In this document: positions 1 to 9,890 of the stretch, in pieces
Numbering within the stretch: the first letter of the stretch is position 1
Layout of the letters: every line of letters begins with the position of its first letter
From: a virus
Taxonomy: Duplodnaviria; Caudoviricetes
DNA length: 64,000 nucleotides
IMG/VR virus record: IMGVR_UViG_2839242338_000001
Span: 32,083 to 96,082 of that record
Reading direction: 5' to 3' (one strand)
The notes under the pieces: generated by a model
Databases searched by the model: none
Seen by the model: only the letters and a program-made list of their open reading frames with translations
What the model was told of the DNA's origin: nothing
Translations under genes and position numbers: made by a program

Positions 1-188
1 ATAGGATTATTATTATTATTATATATAGCATGCACTAAATCGCCTTTAAGTTGAAAGTATTATATCTGTTTTTTTTAGACCGAAAAAATATTATCATCCT
101 TAAGGGAGAGCATCACTTTTCCCTCACAAATCAGGGTAAAATATATAAAGTAAAAAACGGGAAAATTCACCTATTTAATACCCTTTTT

Positions 189-1468
189 TTATTGTAGTGA
201 AGCAAGACCTAACTGATTGAAGGGTGGATTTTGGCGCTGCCACTCGAAATAAGACGCTGACGATGTATGCACCTTGATTGTTGGTTTAGCATGGGGACGA
301 CACGGTTCGTCCCATTCGATGGGATAGCTAGTGCATGCTTCAACTGTCAATAGTTCGATCTGTGACTCATCATTTCCAAGATTATAGTCTGGGTTAATTG
401 CTTGACTTTCAATATGTTGAATTTTAGCGATGCTAGTTTCGGCATTAGTTGGTTTGAAAGTCCTGCTTTCCTGTCCCATTTGTCCCGTGTCCCACGAATG
501 GGACGTAGGGTATTTAAAAGATGATTCTGATTGATCCTTGTCAATAGGATATTGTTTCCCATCTCTAATGGCATCGCGTATAGTACGGCAAGCGGCACGA
601 AAGTCAGTCACATTCGCTTTACGACTAATGGCATCTTCCAAGGCAGCAACGGCCCCTGATTCATTCAGTATGCCACTTGCAATGTATCCCCAGCGGTATA
701 GGCAGCTCTGTTTAGATGAGCATGTTTATGTCCATCAGGAGCATCTTCGATCACGCGAATACAGCGCCGAAGAGCTATATCGGAAAAATCATCCGACTTG
801 TTGTTGTAGACGAATTTATCTCTCCTGACAGGAATCAGTGGCGGTGGAGTATAGAGCCCACCAAAAGGAGTTGCTTCGTGGTTAAAGTAGCCGTCTGAGT
901 CGTATGAATAGCCCCGCAGCCTGGATACGTCGGGAGTGTCATCAATCCGAACACCATACTTCTTTTGAAAAATCTCCCGCAAGGCCCGAAATTGACTGCC
1001 GTGTTGCTTTGGGTGGACAATCGGTATCAACACAAAATAGCCTGTTCCAGAAACTGACTGACCGCAATAGGCAACATTCTTAATTCGGCATAACTGCTCT
1101 TTGAGTTGGCTATAATTAGAAATGGACTCATTCCCCTTAAGGTCAATATCCAGACAAATCAAACCGCTGTGGCGAATCAGGGCAGATTCTTCCCGGCGCG
1201 AGAATAGTCCACTGGGTGAAATGGCTGGTAGAGTGGCCTTGATTCGGTCTCGCTGTTTTTTGTCTTCTATAGCTCTAACCGATTCAACCTGTTTGCGATA
1301 TTTCTCAGAGGTGAGCCAGGTTAATAAGTTAACTGTTCGGGGGTTATCAGGAGTCCTATAGTTGGCAAAGCAACTGACCTCAACGGACAAAATGGATTTT
1401 AAAGATGCGTCTGTCCCATCAGTGGGACACGGGACAGTGGGACAGGGATTGGCTATCAGTGAGTCCAT
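189..1468 (-). CDS. BT4734/VirE N-terminal primase-like protein (ORFs 665..1468 and 189..641 joined across a probable 1-nt loss in CCCC near 687)
   Basis: KATLPAISPSGLF, HSGLICLDID, SVSGTG and DVSRLR motifs; HAHLNRAAYTAG continues into a helical C-terminal domain in another frame. Confidence 0.75.
472..505 (+). repeat. Composite TGTCCC box, copy 1
   Basis: tgtcccatttgtcccgtgtcccacgaatgggacg. Confidence 0.85.
1412..1444 (-). repeat. Composite TGTCCC box, copy 2 (inverted)
   Basis: Reverse complement reads tgtcccactgtcccgtgtcccactgatgggaca. Confidence 0.85.
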
Positions 1469-3188
1469 CGGTATACAGTTGATTTTTTGCTCTCATCTCC
1501 AAATACTATCGTTGATATCTCCCGGCAACTTTTTCCCTGCGCAAATAACTCTCGACATTTAGTTTTCTGGGCTTCTCTTTTTGGATCACTACCGACTGGC
1601 TCCGCATCGGCAGTAGGAGCTGGTTTGGGCAGTCTGTTGTAAATTCGTACGGCATGTGTTTTTAAGGTCTCCACGATACGTATGGCATTTTCAAAATCTT
1701 CATCGTTGCATAGAAGTGGTCCTTTAATCGCATTTTTATCGAATGCCCGAAGAACTGTAAAAACCATGGCAACGCGAAAACAGATAGTCCCCAAGCGGTT
1801 AACTGTTCCGTCCAAATCATTCGCGACGTATTCCCGCAACTCAGTTTTCCAGGCCTGGAATAACTTCACAAATGCAGCCTGTTGATGATCAGTCAAATCA
1901 AAATACAATGGCTCTGTTAACGCATGAAGATGTCCATACATTTTTTTGAAACCTTGACCCAACTCGCCAAAATAAGCCGCATAGTCGCGTTTACGCTTAT
2001 CGAAAACGTTACGAAACTCGGAGCTGCTTTTCATTTCGTAAAATAGGAATCGGCTAAATAGGCCATTCTCGGCGGTTGGCATTAAAGATTTTAGCTGATC
2101 AAAGGTGGATGACAGTACTAACGACAGATACGGTCTGGATACCTCGACATACTCTCCACCATTAGCACGCCGGAAAAAAGTACATCTTTCATGATGGAAG
2201 GCATTTCGTAACAAATCAGTGAAGCCCGCATAGTCCTGCTTTACGGCATCGGCTAAGGTGTCACCTTCCGTTTCGAACATGATACCCCGTTCTGAGTTTT
2301 CCGTTAGGTTTTGATAGAGTCCAGTTTTTGAGTTATTCGCTGGAATAAAAAGCATTAACTGGGGTGGAGTGGTAGGCGGTATTGGTGGAGTTCGTTCCGC
2401 CGATTTTTCCTTCTGATAAACTTTTTTGTCCATCTCATACCGTTCTTGATCCCGCCTGAAGTCTTCAAGGGTCTGATTGTATTCGTCTCGAAGAGATTGG
2501 TGGATGCTATCACCAAGCAGGCGGGCATACTCAAGCCCCCCTTTCCTGTACCATATGGGGCTAGTACATAGGCATATAGGTTGCTACCGACGTATTTTCC
2601 ATCATAATGCCCTAAAATATTAGGCATTAAACCACTGAGCACTCCAAGTGCTCCGACTAAAAATACTTCCCGTTCAGAATCAGTCGTAAGCTGTTTACAT
2701 GCATTTGATAAACAACCTGGTAAGGCCTCATACATCTGACTAGAGAAGCTGGATTTGTCCCATTGTCCCGTGTCCCATTGATGGGACGAATCACTTTCTG
2801 TTTTATCGTTTGGCTTTTCCTTCGGCTCCTCTACCTGTTGCCATTCTTCATTTAAGTCAGTTTCTGGCTCAATATGGATGATACGTTCCTCACCGTTTGA
2901 AGATTTAACGGTAGCTGGTTGATCTGGACTTGCGCTATATTTAACTTCACTATCGGCCAGACTTTTAGATAACAGATATTCCGCTACAGCCTCATCTTTT
3001 GTTCTGGGACTCCCCTTTCCTTTATCTCGAGTCTTTGCGACAGCTTCACTTCTAAACTTGAACCAAGGCTTCTTCCAGGTGGGTGTCTCAAGCAAAATCC
3101 ATACAGAACCATCTTTAGCGGTAAATTTTTTTGGCATATCTCCTCCCGCTACACCTTGCGTAGGAGCCTGATTTTGACTAATTTGCAT
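1456..3188 (-). CDS. DUF3987/YfjI-like helicase-type replication protein (ORFs 2355..3188 and 1456..2433, frameshift in a C run near 2536)
   Basis: NLYAYVLAPYGTGKG Walker A, FETEGDTL Walker B, ENGLFSRFLFY, C-terminal HTH. Confidence 0.8.
2756..2788 (+). repeat. Composite TGTCCC box, copy 3
   Basis: tgtcccattgtcccgtgtcccattgatgggacg. Confidence 0.85.
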
Positions 3189-3247
3189 AAGTCTTTGAAA
3201 GTTTTAGAGGTAATGATCGTGGTGGGTCATTGCCTCTTTTTATTGGG

Positions 3248-3568
3248 TTAGATCAGTGGCGCGAGAGTTAAAAGCCAGTTTTTGAGCAGGCCTAAGTCAT
3301 TTACAACGTGAGTTGGAACTCCTTTTTCTTCAGGCACTTCAACCACTTTTCCCACGATTGGAGGAATGATGATTCGGAAGTTTTTTTTGTGGATTTCGCA
3401 CCTCAACAGAAAACCATACTCCGGGGTCAAGACCTGCCATACAGTTCCATTCACTCCCCAAACAGCACGGGCGCAGTCGGTCACTAGAATAGGAGATTTT
3501 GGGCGAGAAGTCGCATTTTCCGGCTCGCAGAATAAGCCTAGGCGTAATCGCGGCTTAGGATTGCTCAT
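3248..3568 (-). CDS. Hypothetical protein
   Basis: 106-aa ORF translationally coupled to the excisionase (ATGA overlap). Confidence 0.55.
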   Translation of the reverse strand: MSNPKPRLRLGLFCEPENATSRPKSPILVTDCARAVWGVNGTVWQVLTPEYGFLLRCEIHKKNFRIIIPPIVGKVVEVPEEKGVPTHVVNDLGLLKNWLLTLAPLI

Positions 3569-3927
3569 GCCGATACCCCTTTTTGCGAACGCTTGCGAAG
3601 GTGCGCACTTACCTGTACATCAGCAGCGCGTTCAATTTCTGCAATATCCACCGTCTGGCGTGTTTGACTGCGTAGCCAATTGAGTATAATGGCTTTTTCG
3701 TAAAGAACTCGCTTTCCAAGCTTGATAACGCCTGGTATTTCTCCCGACGCTGATTTTATTCGCAACGTTGATTCTGGCACACCTGAGCAGGTAGTCGCCA
3801 GCCATTTGAAATCGCCGTAGGGGTCGGCATTAGGTAAAGGTGATGGTGCGGATTTATGTTTGAGGTCAAGTAGCAAATCCTCAATATTGCTTAACCGCCT
3901 TGCAATTGTTTCAAATGGATTTTCCAT
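3565..3927 (-). CDS. Excisionase-like helix-turn-helix protein
   Basis: MENPFETIARRLSNIEDLLLDLK N-terminus and GEIPGVIKLGKRVLYEKAIILNWL, typical of Bacteroidota HTH_17 excisionases; probable start 3927. Confidence 0.8.
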   Translation of the reverse strand: MENPFETIARRLSNIEDLLLDLKHKSAPSPLPNADPYGDFKWLATTCSGVPESTLRIKSASGEIPGVIKLGKRVLYEKAIILNWLRSQTRQTVDIAEIERAADVQVSAHLRKRSQKGVSA

Positions 3928-3993
3928 TGCATCAGTGTTTGTTTGACTGTGCAATGATAGGGGGCAAAATAGGTGGTAAGGGGCAGGTAAGGG

Positions 3994-5124
3994 TTACGTA
4001 AGGGGGTTACGAGTTTCAGCAATACTTAATTCATCTTTAGCCAATTCTAAAGCTTCAGGATAATCATTTAGCAACTGAATCGCGTTTTTCAAAGCTTGTC
4101 TGTTTTCGATAGATAATCTGTCATTTCTGCTTTTACAGAAACGATTATAAAACTGCTGAAATGGCTTCCAGGATAAGCCATAGAAGTCGGTAGCTTCCTT
4201 GTAGGACTTTTCCATCTTTCCAGCCACAAAAGGCGGCAAGCATTTTTTTTCGTGGCAATAGTAATAGAATAGAGCTAGAGAAGCCTGTGTAACTTCTTTA
4301 CTTACAGTGCTTTTCGCTGATTCTAGTAAAGTGTCTCTTGGGAGCATTTTTTCCTCTGCTACAGCCTCTGTTAGGTAGGATATAACAGCTTCGCCAACTT
4401 CAATTTCACCACTCAATATTGATAAGTAGTCGTCTTTACTTATTCCATAATCAAATGAATCAATTGGCAAACCATAATGCGTTACTTTAACCTTCTTTGA
4501 TTTGTAGAAAGATGTCAGTGTTTTAGCACGTTGCAGATTAACATCATAGGGCGGCCTTTCCCATAATGCCCAGCTTATAGCTATAAGTTTTCTTCCGAGT
4601 GCCCTTATATATAACTCTATATCTGCAAAAACATGCTGTATAATGTCTTCTGATGTGGGTAATTTCTTATATGCTACAATTTGGCAAGTCACTGAAAATC
4701 TTTCACTCAGAAGACGGATTAAAAAGTCTCCCCCCATCAGTTGGTTTATAAAATTGTAGCCAGGAGCTTTATCTAAAATCTCATAGAAGACAAAGAATTG
4801 CTCAACTAACCAATTCCAGTCTAAGGGAGATTTTTCAGGGAAGTAGAATACATTTTCAACTTTGTTTTCACCGTTATATGACCATATTGGAAGTAAACCA
4901 ATACGGTACATCCATAATGCACGATACAATTCATTTGTAATTTTACTAGCCTTAAAGGAGCCATCTGGGCGTGTTAATCTGGTAAAAAAGAATAATTCCG
5001 ACTCCTGTCGAACTCTTTTTAGTGTTTCTATCTGATAGATAGTAGGTTTCTCGAACTGTGCCATTACGCATTTTTCCGCCCGCTCAAATGGCGACGCTAG
5101 TAGGGATCGCAATAGGTCTGCCAT
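3994..5124 (-). CDS. Hypothetical protein between integrase and excisionase
   Basis: 376-aa AT-rich ORF with no motif recognised. Confidence 0.7.
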   Translation of the reverse strand: MADLLRSLLASPFERAEKCVMAQFEKPTIYQIETLKRVRQESELFFFTRLTRPDGSFKASKITNELYRALWMYRIGLLPIWSYNGENKVENVFYFPEKSPLDWNWLVEQFFVFYEILDKAPGYNFINQLMGGDFLIRLLSERFSVTCQIVAYKKLPTSEDIIQHVFADIELYIRALGRKLIAISWALWERPPYDVNLQRAKTLTSFYKSKKVKVTHYGLPIDSFDYGISKDDYLSILSGEIEVGEAVISYLTEAVAEEKMLPRDTLLESAKSTVSKEVTQASLALFYYYCHEKKCLPPFVAGKMEKSYKEATDFYGLSWKPFQQFYNRFCKSRNDRLSIENRQALKNAIQLLNDYPEALELAKDELSIAETRNPLT

Positions 5125-5178
5125 ATTATTTTCGAATGTGTTTACATACTTAACCTCTTTGTTGATCTGCTAGTAGGA

Positions 5179-6504
5179 TTACAAGTTGTCAAAGGCAGCA
5201 TCAACTAAATCCGTATCAAACTCAGACAGATAAATCTGCGTCGTCCGTTCGTCACTGTGCCCCATTGCTTCACTAATGACACCTGTAGCCACGCCTGATC
5301 TTTTAAGTGACATAGCGAAACTGTGACGCGCAACATAGGTCGTAAGTGGGGTTTCTATTCCCACGGAGGCTCCTATGGTTTTCAAGTCTACATTAACCTG
5401 CCCCATAATCTTGCTACAACGATTCTGGCGCTGGGTTGGAGTAGTATGTAGAGCAGTATTTAGGATTGGGAAAATGTAGCTAGTTGACCGAACTTCACTA
5501 GGCCGGTAACGGTCAAGAATAGCCAGCGTTTGTGTCATCAGGCGAATGGAAAACTTACCCCCAGTCTTTTGGCGGATATAAGTCAAACGTGGCTTGTCAT
5601 CCAGGTCTTTGCCGATATTTGACCATCGTAAGTTGGCCATATCCACGAAATTGATTCCACCACAGTAGTATGAGAACAGGAATAAGTCTTTGGCCAGTTG
5701 TAGGCGCTCCTGCGTGTTACGCAAGCCTGCATATTTCCCATCATCCTGTGATGGCTGATAGGCTTCTATTTTTCGAATATCAAGTTTACTGATTGCCCGT
5801 TTTGTCGTTTTGGTGTCAAACTTGCCAATCTGAAACTTGTTGGTTTCAGCGGTATTGCGGGCAAAAGGGTAGGAGGTAGGCTTTGAATAGCCGTTGGCAA
5901 TAGCTTTATTAAGTACTGCTCGCAGGGTGCGAAATCGAACGGAAAGCGAGCTGTCAGCTACTCCCTCACTTCGCATCTTGGTTTCCCACTGGTTACAGAA
6001 CTTGACTGTAACGGCATCGAAAGAAGTGTCTTGACCTTCACCAATAAAATGTTGTAAGCTGTTCTTGACATCCCTATAAACCCTTCGGTTGCCAACGTTT
6101 CCCGTTTTTTCGAACTGATTAATTAATTCATCGAAATAGGCTAGAAGCTTAAACTTACGAGTGGCTAACCGTTCTGTGCTTACCCGTGTCGCAACGGATT
6201 GGGCGTCGTGAACCTCGTCAGCTTCGGCAAGCGTTTCGGCAGCGTCGCTGTATTTTTCCTCCCATTTGCGTAGTGCTGCCTCAATAGCTTTGCGTTTATC
6301 GATTGGGACATTCTTTCGAAATGTATTTGTTTCCTCGTTCCAGAATTGGGGATGCAATGACAGGCCCGTAGCGATATATTTGCGTTTACGATCTTTGGTA
6401 ATTCGCAGCATAAACGGGTGCGAGCCATCGGCAAGTGTTTTGGAAGGGAAGTAGATTGCCTTTACGCTTGCCTGGCTTTCCTTATGCTCGGTTGATTTGG
6501 CCAT
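5179..6504 (-). CDS. int: Tyrosine recombinase/integrase (arm-binding + SAM-like + catalytic domains)
   Basis: LADGSHPFMLRITKDRKRKY arm domain, RQKT, TTYVARHSFA, MGHSDERTTQIYL. Confidence 0.95.
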   Translation of the reverse strand: MAKSTEHKESQASVKAIYFPSKTLADGSHPFMLRITKDRKRKYIATGLSLHPQFWNEETNTFRKNVPIDKRKAIEAALRKWEEKYSDAAETLAEADEVHDAQSVATRVSTERLATRKFKLLAYFDELINQFEKTGNVGNRRVYRDVKNSLQHFIGEGQDTSFDAVTVKFCNQWETKMRSEGVADSSLSVRFRTLRAVLNKAIANGYSKPTSYPFARNTAETNKFQIGKFDTKTTKRAISKLDIRKIEAYQPSQDDGKYAGLRNTQERLQLAKDLFLFSYYCGGINFVDMANLRWSNIGKDLDDKPRLTYIRQKTGGKFSIRLMTQTLAILDRYRPSEVRSTSYIFPILNTALHTTPTQRQNRCSKIMGQVNVDLKTIGASVGIETPLTTYVARHSFAMSLKRSGVATGVISEAMGHSDERTTQIYLSEFDTDLVDAAFDNL

Positions 6505-6651
6505 TCTGTGTAAACCGGTTTACTCGATGGTTTACACAAATATATATAATCAACCATAACTAACCAATACTAATAAAATCAATTTTGATATAAAATGCTG
6601 AAAATAAGTACATTGTGGTATCGTTGAAAATTAATTAATAGTACAGGTCTA

Positions 6652-6697
6652 TGCTTTGGGAGCAGGAGGTCGTAGGTTCGAATCCTGCCACCCCGAC
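6652..6697 (+). tRNA. 3' half of tRNA-Pro(TGG), an att-site duplicate rather than a full tRNA gene
   Basis: tgctttgggagca anticodon arm (TGG), ggttcgaatcc T-loop, gccaccccgac acceptor 3' strand; 5' half absent. Confidence 0.85.
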
Positions 6698-6699
6698 AC
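6676..6699 (+). repeat. Prophage attL core (24 bp)
   Basis: gttcgaatcctgccaccccgacac, identical to 51977..52000. Confidence 0.95.
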
Positions 6700-6700
6700 A

Positions 6701-6736
6701 AAAAACGGCCCTTTCCAGCGGAATTGGGCCGTTTTT
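6701..6736 (+). terminator. Intrinsic terminator downstream of the tRNA/att
   Basis: aaaaacggccc...gggccgttttt hairpin. Confidence 0.7.
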
Positions 6737-6754
6737 CTTTTTACCCCCTGCTTA

Positions 6755-6782
6755 TTGGCAGTTTTTTGGCAGCAATTGGCAG
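6755..6782 (+). promoter_or_regulatory. Integrase arm-type sites, TTGGCAG x3
   Basis: TTGGCAG at 6755, 6766 and 6776; four more copies at the other prophage end. Confidence 0.75.
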
Positions 6783-6793
6783 AAAAATATAGT

Positions 6794-7966
6794 ATGAAGC
6801 CAGGCACCAAAAAGGAATTTCCCTATACTCCAGCCCGATTAGTTGACTCTACCATTGAGCCGTATGTGATTTGTTACATATGGGATGCACAGAAAAAAAA
6901 GAGTATTCGAAAGCGAATCTCATTGCGGGGTAACACTGTTGAAGAAAAACGTAAAGATGCTGTCCAACTCATTAAGGAAATCAACCAAAAGTTGAAGGAT
7001 GGGTGGCATATCGACGAACAATTACCTGAACCAGTTCCGGAGCCAGAGCCAGAGCCAGCGTCCATAGTAACAAAGGCGTTCACGTTTGATGAAGCAGTTA
7101 CCTATTACAAGGTGACTAAAGCGGTAGAACTGAAAGATAATACCGAGGGCTTAAACGAACACTATTTTAGACATATACGCGCTTTTTTTAAGGCGAAAAA
7201 TCTAACAGAAGTAATACTGAAGGATGTCAGTGTAACCATGATGTTCGAGTTCTTTGATACTACCGCTGTAGGAGGCAGGTTTCGAAACAACATGTTAGGC
7301 TTTTTTAAGTCGTTTTTTACGTTCTATGTCAATCGTGAAATACTGACTAAAAGCCCTTGTGCAGTCATTAAAAACGTTAGAGTTGATGCATCGGAAGATC
7401 ACCGCCCCTTTAATGCTCAACAAGCTAAAGACATTCGGACTGCTATTCTGGCCACAGGAGACGAACAGTTATGGCTCTTTTGCGCCTTTATCTACTTCCT
7501 GTTTGTGCGCCCTGGGGAGGAACTAAGGTTTATGAAAGTAGGCGACATCCTGACTGACCAGGTGCGGATAACATCTGGTACCGCTAAAAATCGAAAAACT
7601 GGGTTTGTTGATATTCCAGCAGGCCTGGAGCAACTAATTAAGCAACACCGGCTACGGGATTATCCACCTACTGATTATGTTTTCACTATTGCAGGTCATC
7701 CAGGACCAGTTCATATAGGCGAAAACTACATCTATAAACGCCATCGTAAAATCATGGAGAACCTAGATTTGTTTGGCCATGACTACGACGTTTATAGTTG
7801 GAAGCCGACTGGAGCAATTGTACTCTATAAGGCAACGAAGGATATCATGCTGGTTCAGCGACATTGTCGGCATAGTACCCCAGACCAGACATATACCTAT
7901 TTGCGGAAACATGGTTTGGTCTTCGAAGGGCAGCGAGTAACTGAGTTTCCTCAGTTGTGGGAATAA
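6794..7966 (+). CDS. int: Prophage tyrosine integrase
   Basis: RPGEE, TAKN, YSWKPTG, RHSTPDQTYTYL; ATG at 6794 (the track's TTG start lies within the tRNA remnant). Confidence 0.9.
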   Translation: MKPGTKKEFPYTPARLVDSTIEPYVICYIWDAQKKKSIRKRISLRGNTVEEKRKDAVQLIKEINQKLKDGWHIDEQLPEPVPEPEPEPASIVTKAFTFDEAVTYYKVTKAVELKDNTEGLNEHYFRHIRAFFKAKNLTEVILKDVSVTMMFEFFDTTAVGGRFRNNMLGFFKSFFTFYVNREILTKSPCAVIKNVRVDASEDHRPFNAQQAKDIRTAILATGDEQLWLFCAFIYFLFVRPGEELRFMKVGDILTDQVRITSGTAKNRKTGFVDIPAGLEQLIKQHRLRDYPPTDYVFTIAGHPGPVHIGENYIYKRHRKIMENLDLFGHDYDVYSWKPTGAIVLYKATKDIMLVQRHCRHSTPDQTYTYLRKHGLVFEGQRVTEFPQLWE

Positions 7967-8031
7967 AATATTAAGAGTTAGGCCGTTGATATTCTTAATA
8001 TTATACCTTCGCAAATAACTCCATTTGTATA

Positions 8032-8505
8032 ATGAAAGAAAATCTAGACGCTGCGAAATCAATTATAGAAGCTGTATCTTCAAATGTCTGGACAGCCATC
8101 ATTGGGGTTTTTATTCTCACATGTTTTTGGATGACACTAATCTATTTACGTGCACCTTCCTTTTACCATCCAGCTCCAGTTTACATTTTTATAATTACAG
8201 CATTTTCCCTAGCTATTTGTTGGTATTTAGGAGCAATGATTGGATTGTCTTTTTTGTTTATGAAAGACGATAAATCAATAGATCATGTTGAGTTATTGCT
8301 AAAGGGCAGTGTATACGCCATCTTCATGTTAGGAATGCTGTTAGCTTATAGCTATTTTTTTAGTATTCGTTTTAGATTTTCATTACAGTTGGGCTATTCT
8401 GCTCTCATAGGGACATTCATTTCAAATTATGGATCGTTTCTAATAAGTAGCTTGAAGAGAAATCGTAAGGAAAAAACTACACCCGCCAAAGATCTACCTC
8501 AGTAG
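8032..8505 (+). CDS. AT-rich multi-TM membrane protein (moron)
   Basis: About 4 hydrophobic segments, low GC, opposite strand to the late genes. Confidence 0.65.
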   Translation: MKENLDAAKSIIEAVSSNVWTAIIGVFILTCFWMTLIYLRAPSFYHPAPVYIFIITAFSLAICWYLGAMIGLSFLFMKDDKSIDHVELLLKGSVYAIFMLGMLLAYSYFFSIRFRFSLQLGYSALIGTFISNYGSFLISSLKRNRKEKTTPAKDLPQ

Positions 8506-9889
8506 CGATGCCTTGGCGTTGATCCCCGAGCGCAGCTTTCATTGAACCTACCAGATAGTTGACACCACGGATATGTACCTTTCTGCGGAAGGAAAATAAG
8601 GCTAGGTCGGCAGGGGATAGGTAAACCAGCTTAGTGACCGAAAATGTATCGGCTTTGAAGGCTTCAAATTTACGGTAACCGGCATCAACCAGATTGTTTG
8701 TTCCACTCCAGAGTAGGCTCCGGCCACCGCGCGCGTTTGTGGCCAGTGGCTGACCACCTACCAGGCCGTTAAAGAAAAGCAGCTTTGGCAATGCGCCATT
8801 CTTATTATCCTTATTATTAGGTGATATGCCTGGTTGCTGGGTCATCGCCCGTCCGGTGGTAGCATTGGTCAACAGCGTAGAAATACGAGACTGAATCGGT
8901 ATCAGCGTTCCACCAGCATTGTCGGGTGTCTCGGCAGTCGTGTATTTATCCATCACGGCTGGCACTGGTTTCAATAAACCGTCGTTTCCATCAATAGCAT
9001 AGGAAAGCTCCAGGCGGTTGGCCAGTTCCGGAGTCTTTACATGATCAGGCCGGGCCTTGTCGGTCCAGTCAACTATATCGGCGCTGGCCAGGATATCTTC
9101 CCCAAAATCCATTGTGCAGATATTACGACGGATATCAAACTCCAGATACAGATTAAACAACTTGCGCAGGTCGATCAATAGGTTTGGCATTGTCAGGTCG
9201 GGCAAGTGGTTATTGCTGTTAATTGACGTTGCTCCATCCAGGCTAAACAGGTTATAGAAAATGAGCCTGGCTAAATCGGGATCTTGCCAGAATTGACCTG
9301 CGAAACTCCAGCCCGTTAATGCCGAAAACTGGCTAAACACCCATTTCAGAAAAGGCATAGGTACCCGAGCAACAGTATTGTAGGCACCACCCGTATACTC
9401 ATTCATCAGGCCATTAAAGCCCGAAACAGCCTGGTTACCGTAAAACGTATCATTCTGAATCGTTGGGAAACAGTACCGATCGGTCAGGTAATTAGCGGCC
9501 GCTACAGGAGCCGAGGGTACCGCATCAATTCCGAGCCCTAGTTGAGAGAGTAACAGATTTTGATTATCGCCAAAAATCTCGCCTAAGTTCTGGTTGAAGA
9601 ATAGGCTAAACCCTTCTGGTTTAACCTCATGGATTTGAACAAAGCCCTGTTCAATCATGTACCCATATACGTATTTCTCACACCGAAACTTTCGGGATTG
9701 ATAGCCTACTTGGTCCTGATAGAAATAGCCCAATAACCGGCGGTTAGTAGGGGTATTGGGCAGGTCGAACCCATACACTCGACTTCCCTGAATGGTGTTG
9801 AAATCAAGGAGGGGGTTAAATCGCTCCAGGGTTACATTGCTGCCGGGTGTCAGGTCGGCGGGTTCGCCATCGATGCGGATATCTAACAT
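8477..9889 (-). CDS. Distal tail/baseplate hub protein
   Basis: Directly downstream of the tape measure gene; DLPNTPTNRRLLG motif typical of Bacteroidota phage tail proteins. Confidence 0.7.
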   Translation of the reverse strand: MLDIRIDGEPADLTPGSNVTLERFNPLLDFNTIQGSRVYGFDLPNTPTNRRLLGYFYQDQVGYQSRKFRCEKYVYGYMIEQGFVQIHEVKPEGFSLFFNQNLGEIFGDNQNLLLSQLGLGIDAVPSAPVAAANYLTDRYCFPTIQNDTFYGNQAVSGFNGLMNEYTGGAYNTVARVPMPFLKWVFSQFSALTGWSFAGQFWQDPDLARLIFYNLFSLDGATSINSNNHLPDLTMPNLLIDLRKLFNLYLEFDIRRNICTMDFGEDILASADIVDWTDKARPDHVKTPELANRLELSYAIDGNDGLLKPVPAVMDKYTTAETPDNAGGTLIPIQSRISTLLTNATTGRAMTQQPGISPNNKDNKNGALPKLLFFNGLVGGQPLATNARGGRSLLWSGTNNLVDAGYRKFEAFKADTFSVTKLVYLSPADLALFSFRRKVHIRGVNYLVGSMKAALGDQRQGIATEVDLWRV

Positions 9890-9890
9890 G

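Larger units (their letters stand above)
1..6699 (-). mobile_element. Right part of a satellite/NBU-like integrative element inserted in tRNA-Pro (left end outside window)
   Basis: Integrase-hypothetical-excisionase-DUF3987-BT4734 primase cassette on the minus strand abutting a duplicated tRNA 3' half; no structural genes in the visible part. Confidence 0.75.

Noticed and set aside
6652-6697. Complete tRNA-Pro gene
   Set aside because: The D-arm and 5' acceptor strand are missing; it is an att duplicate
6656-6793. N-terminal extension MGAGGRRFESCHPD of the phage integrase
   Set aside because: It is a translation of the tRNA remnant and terminator; the ATG at 6794 is the plausible start
7025-7060. 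gagcca tandem repeat
   Set aside because: It encodes a Pro-Glu linker in the integrase; in frame and unremarkable
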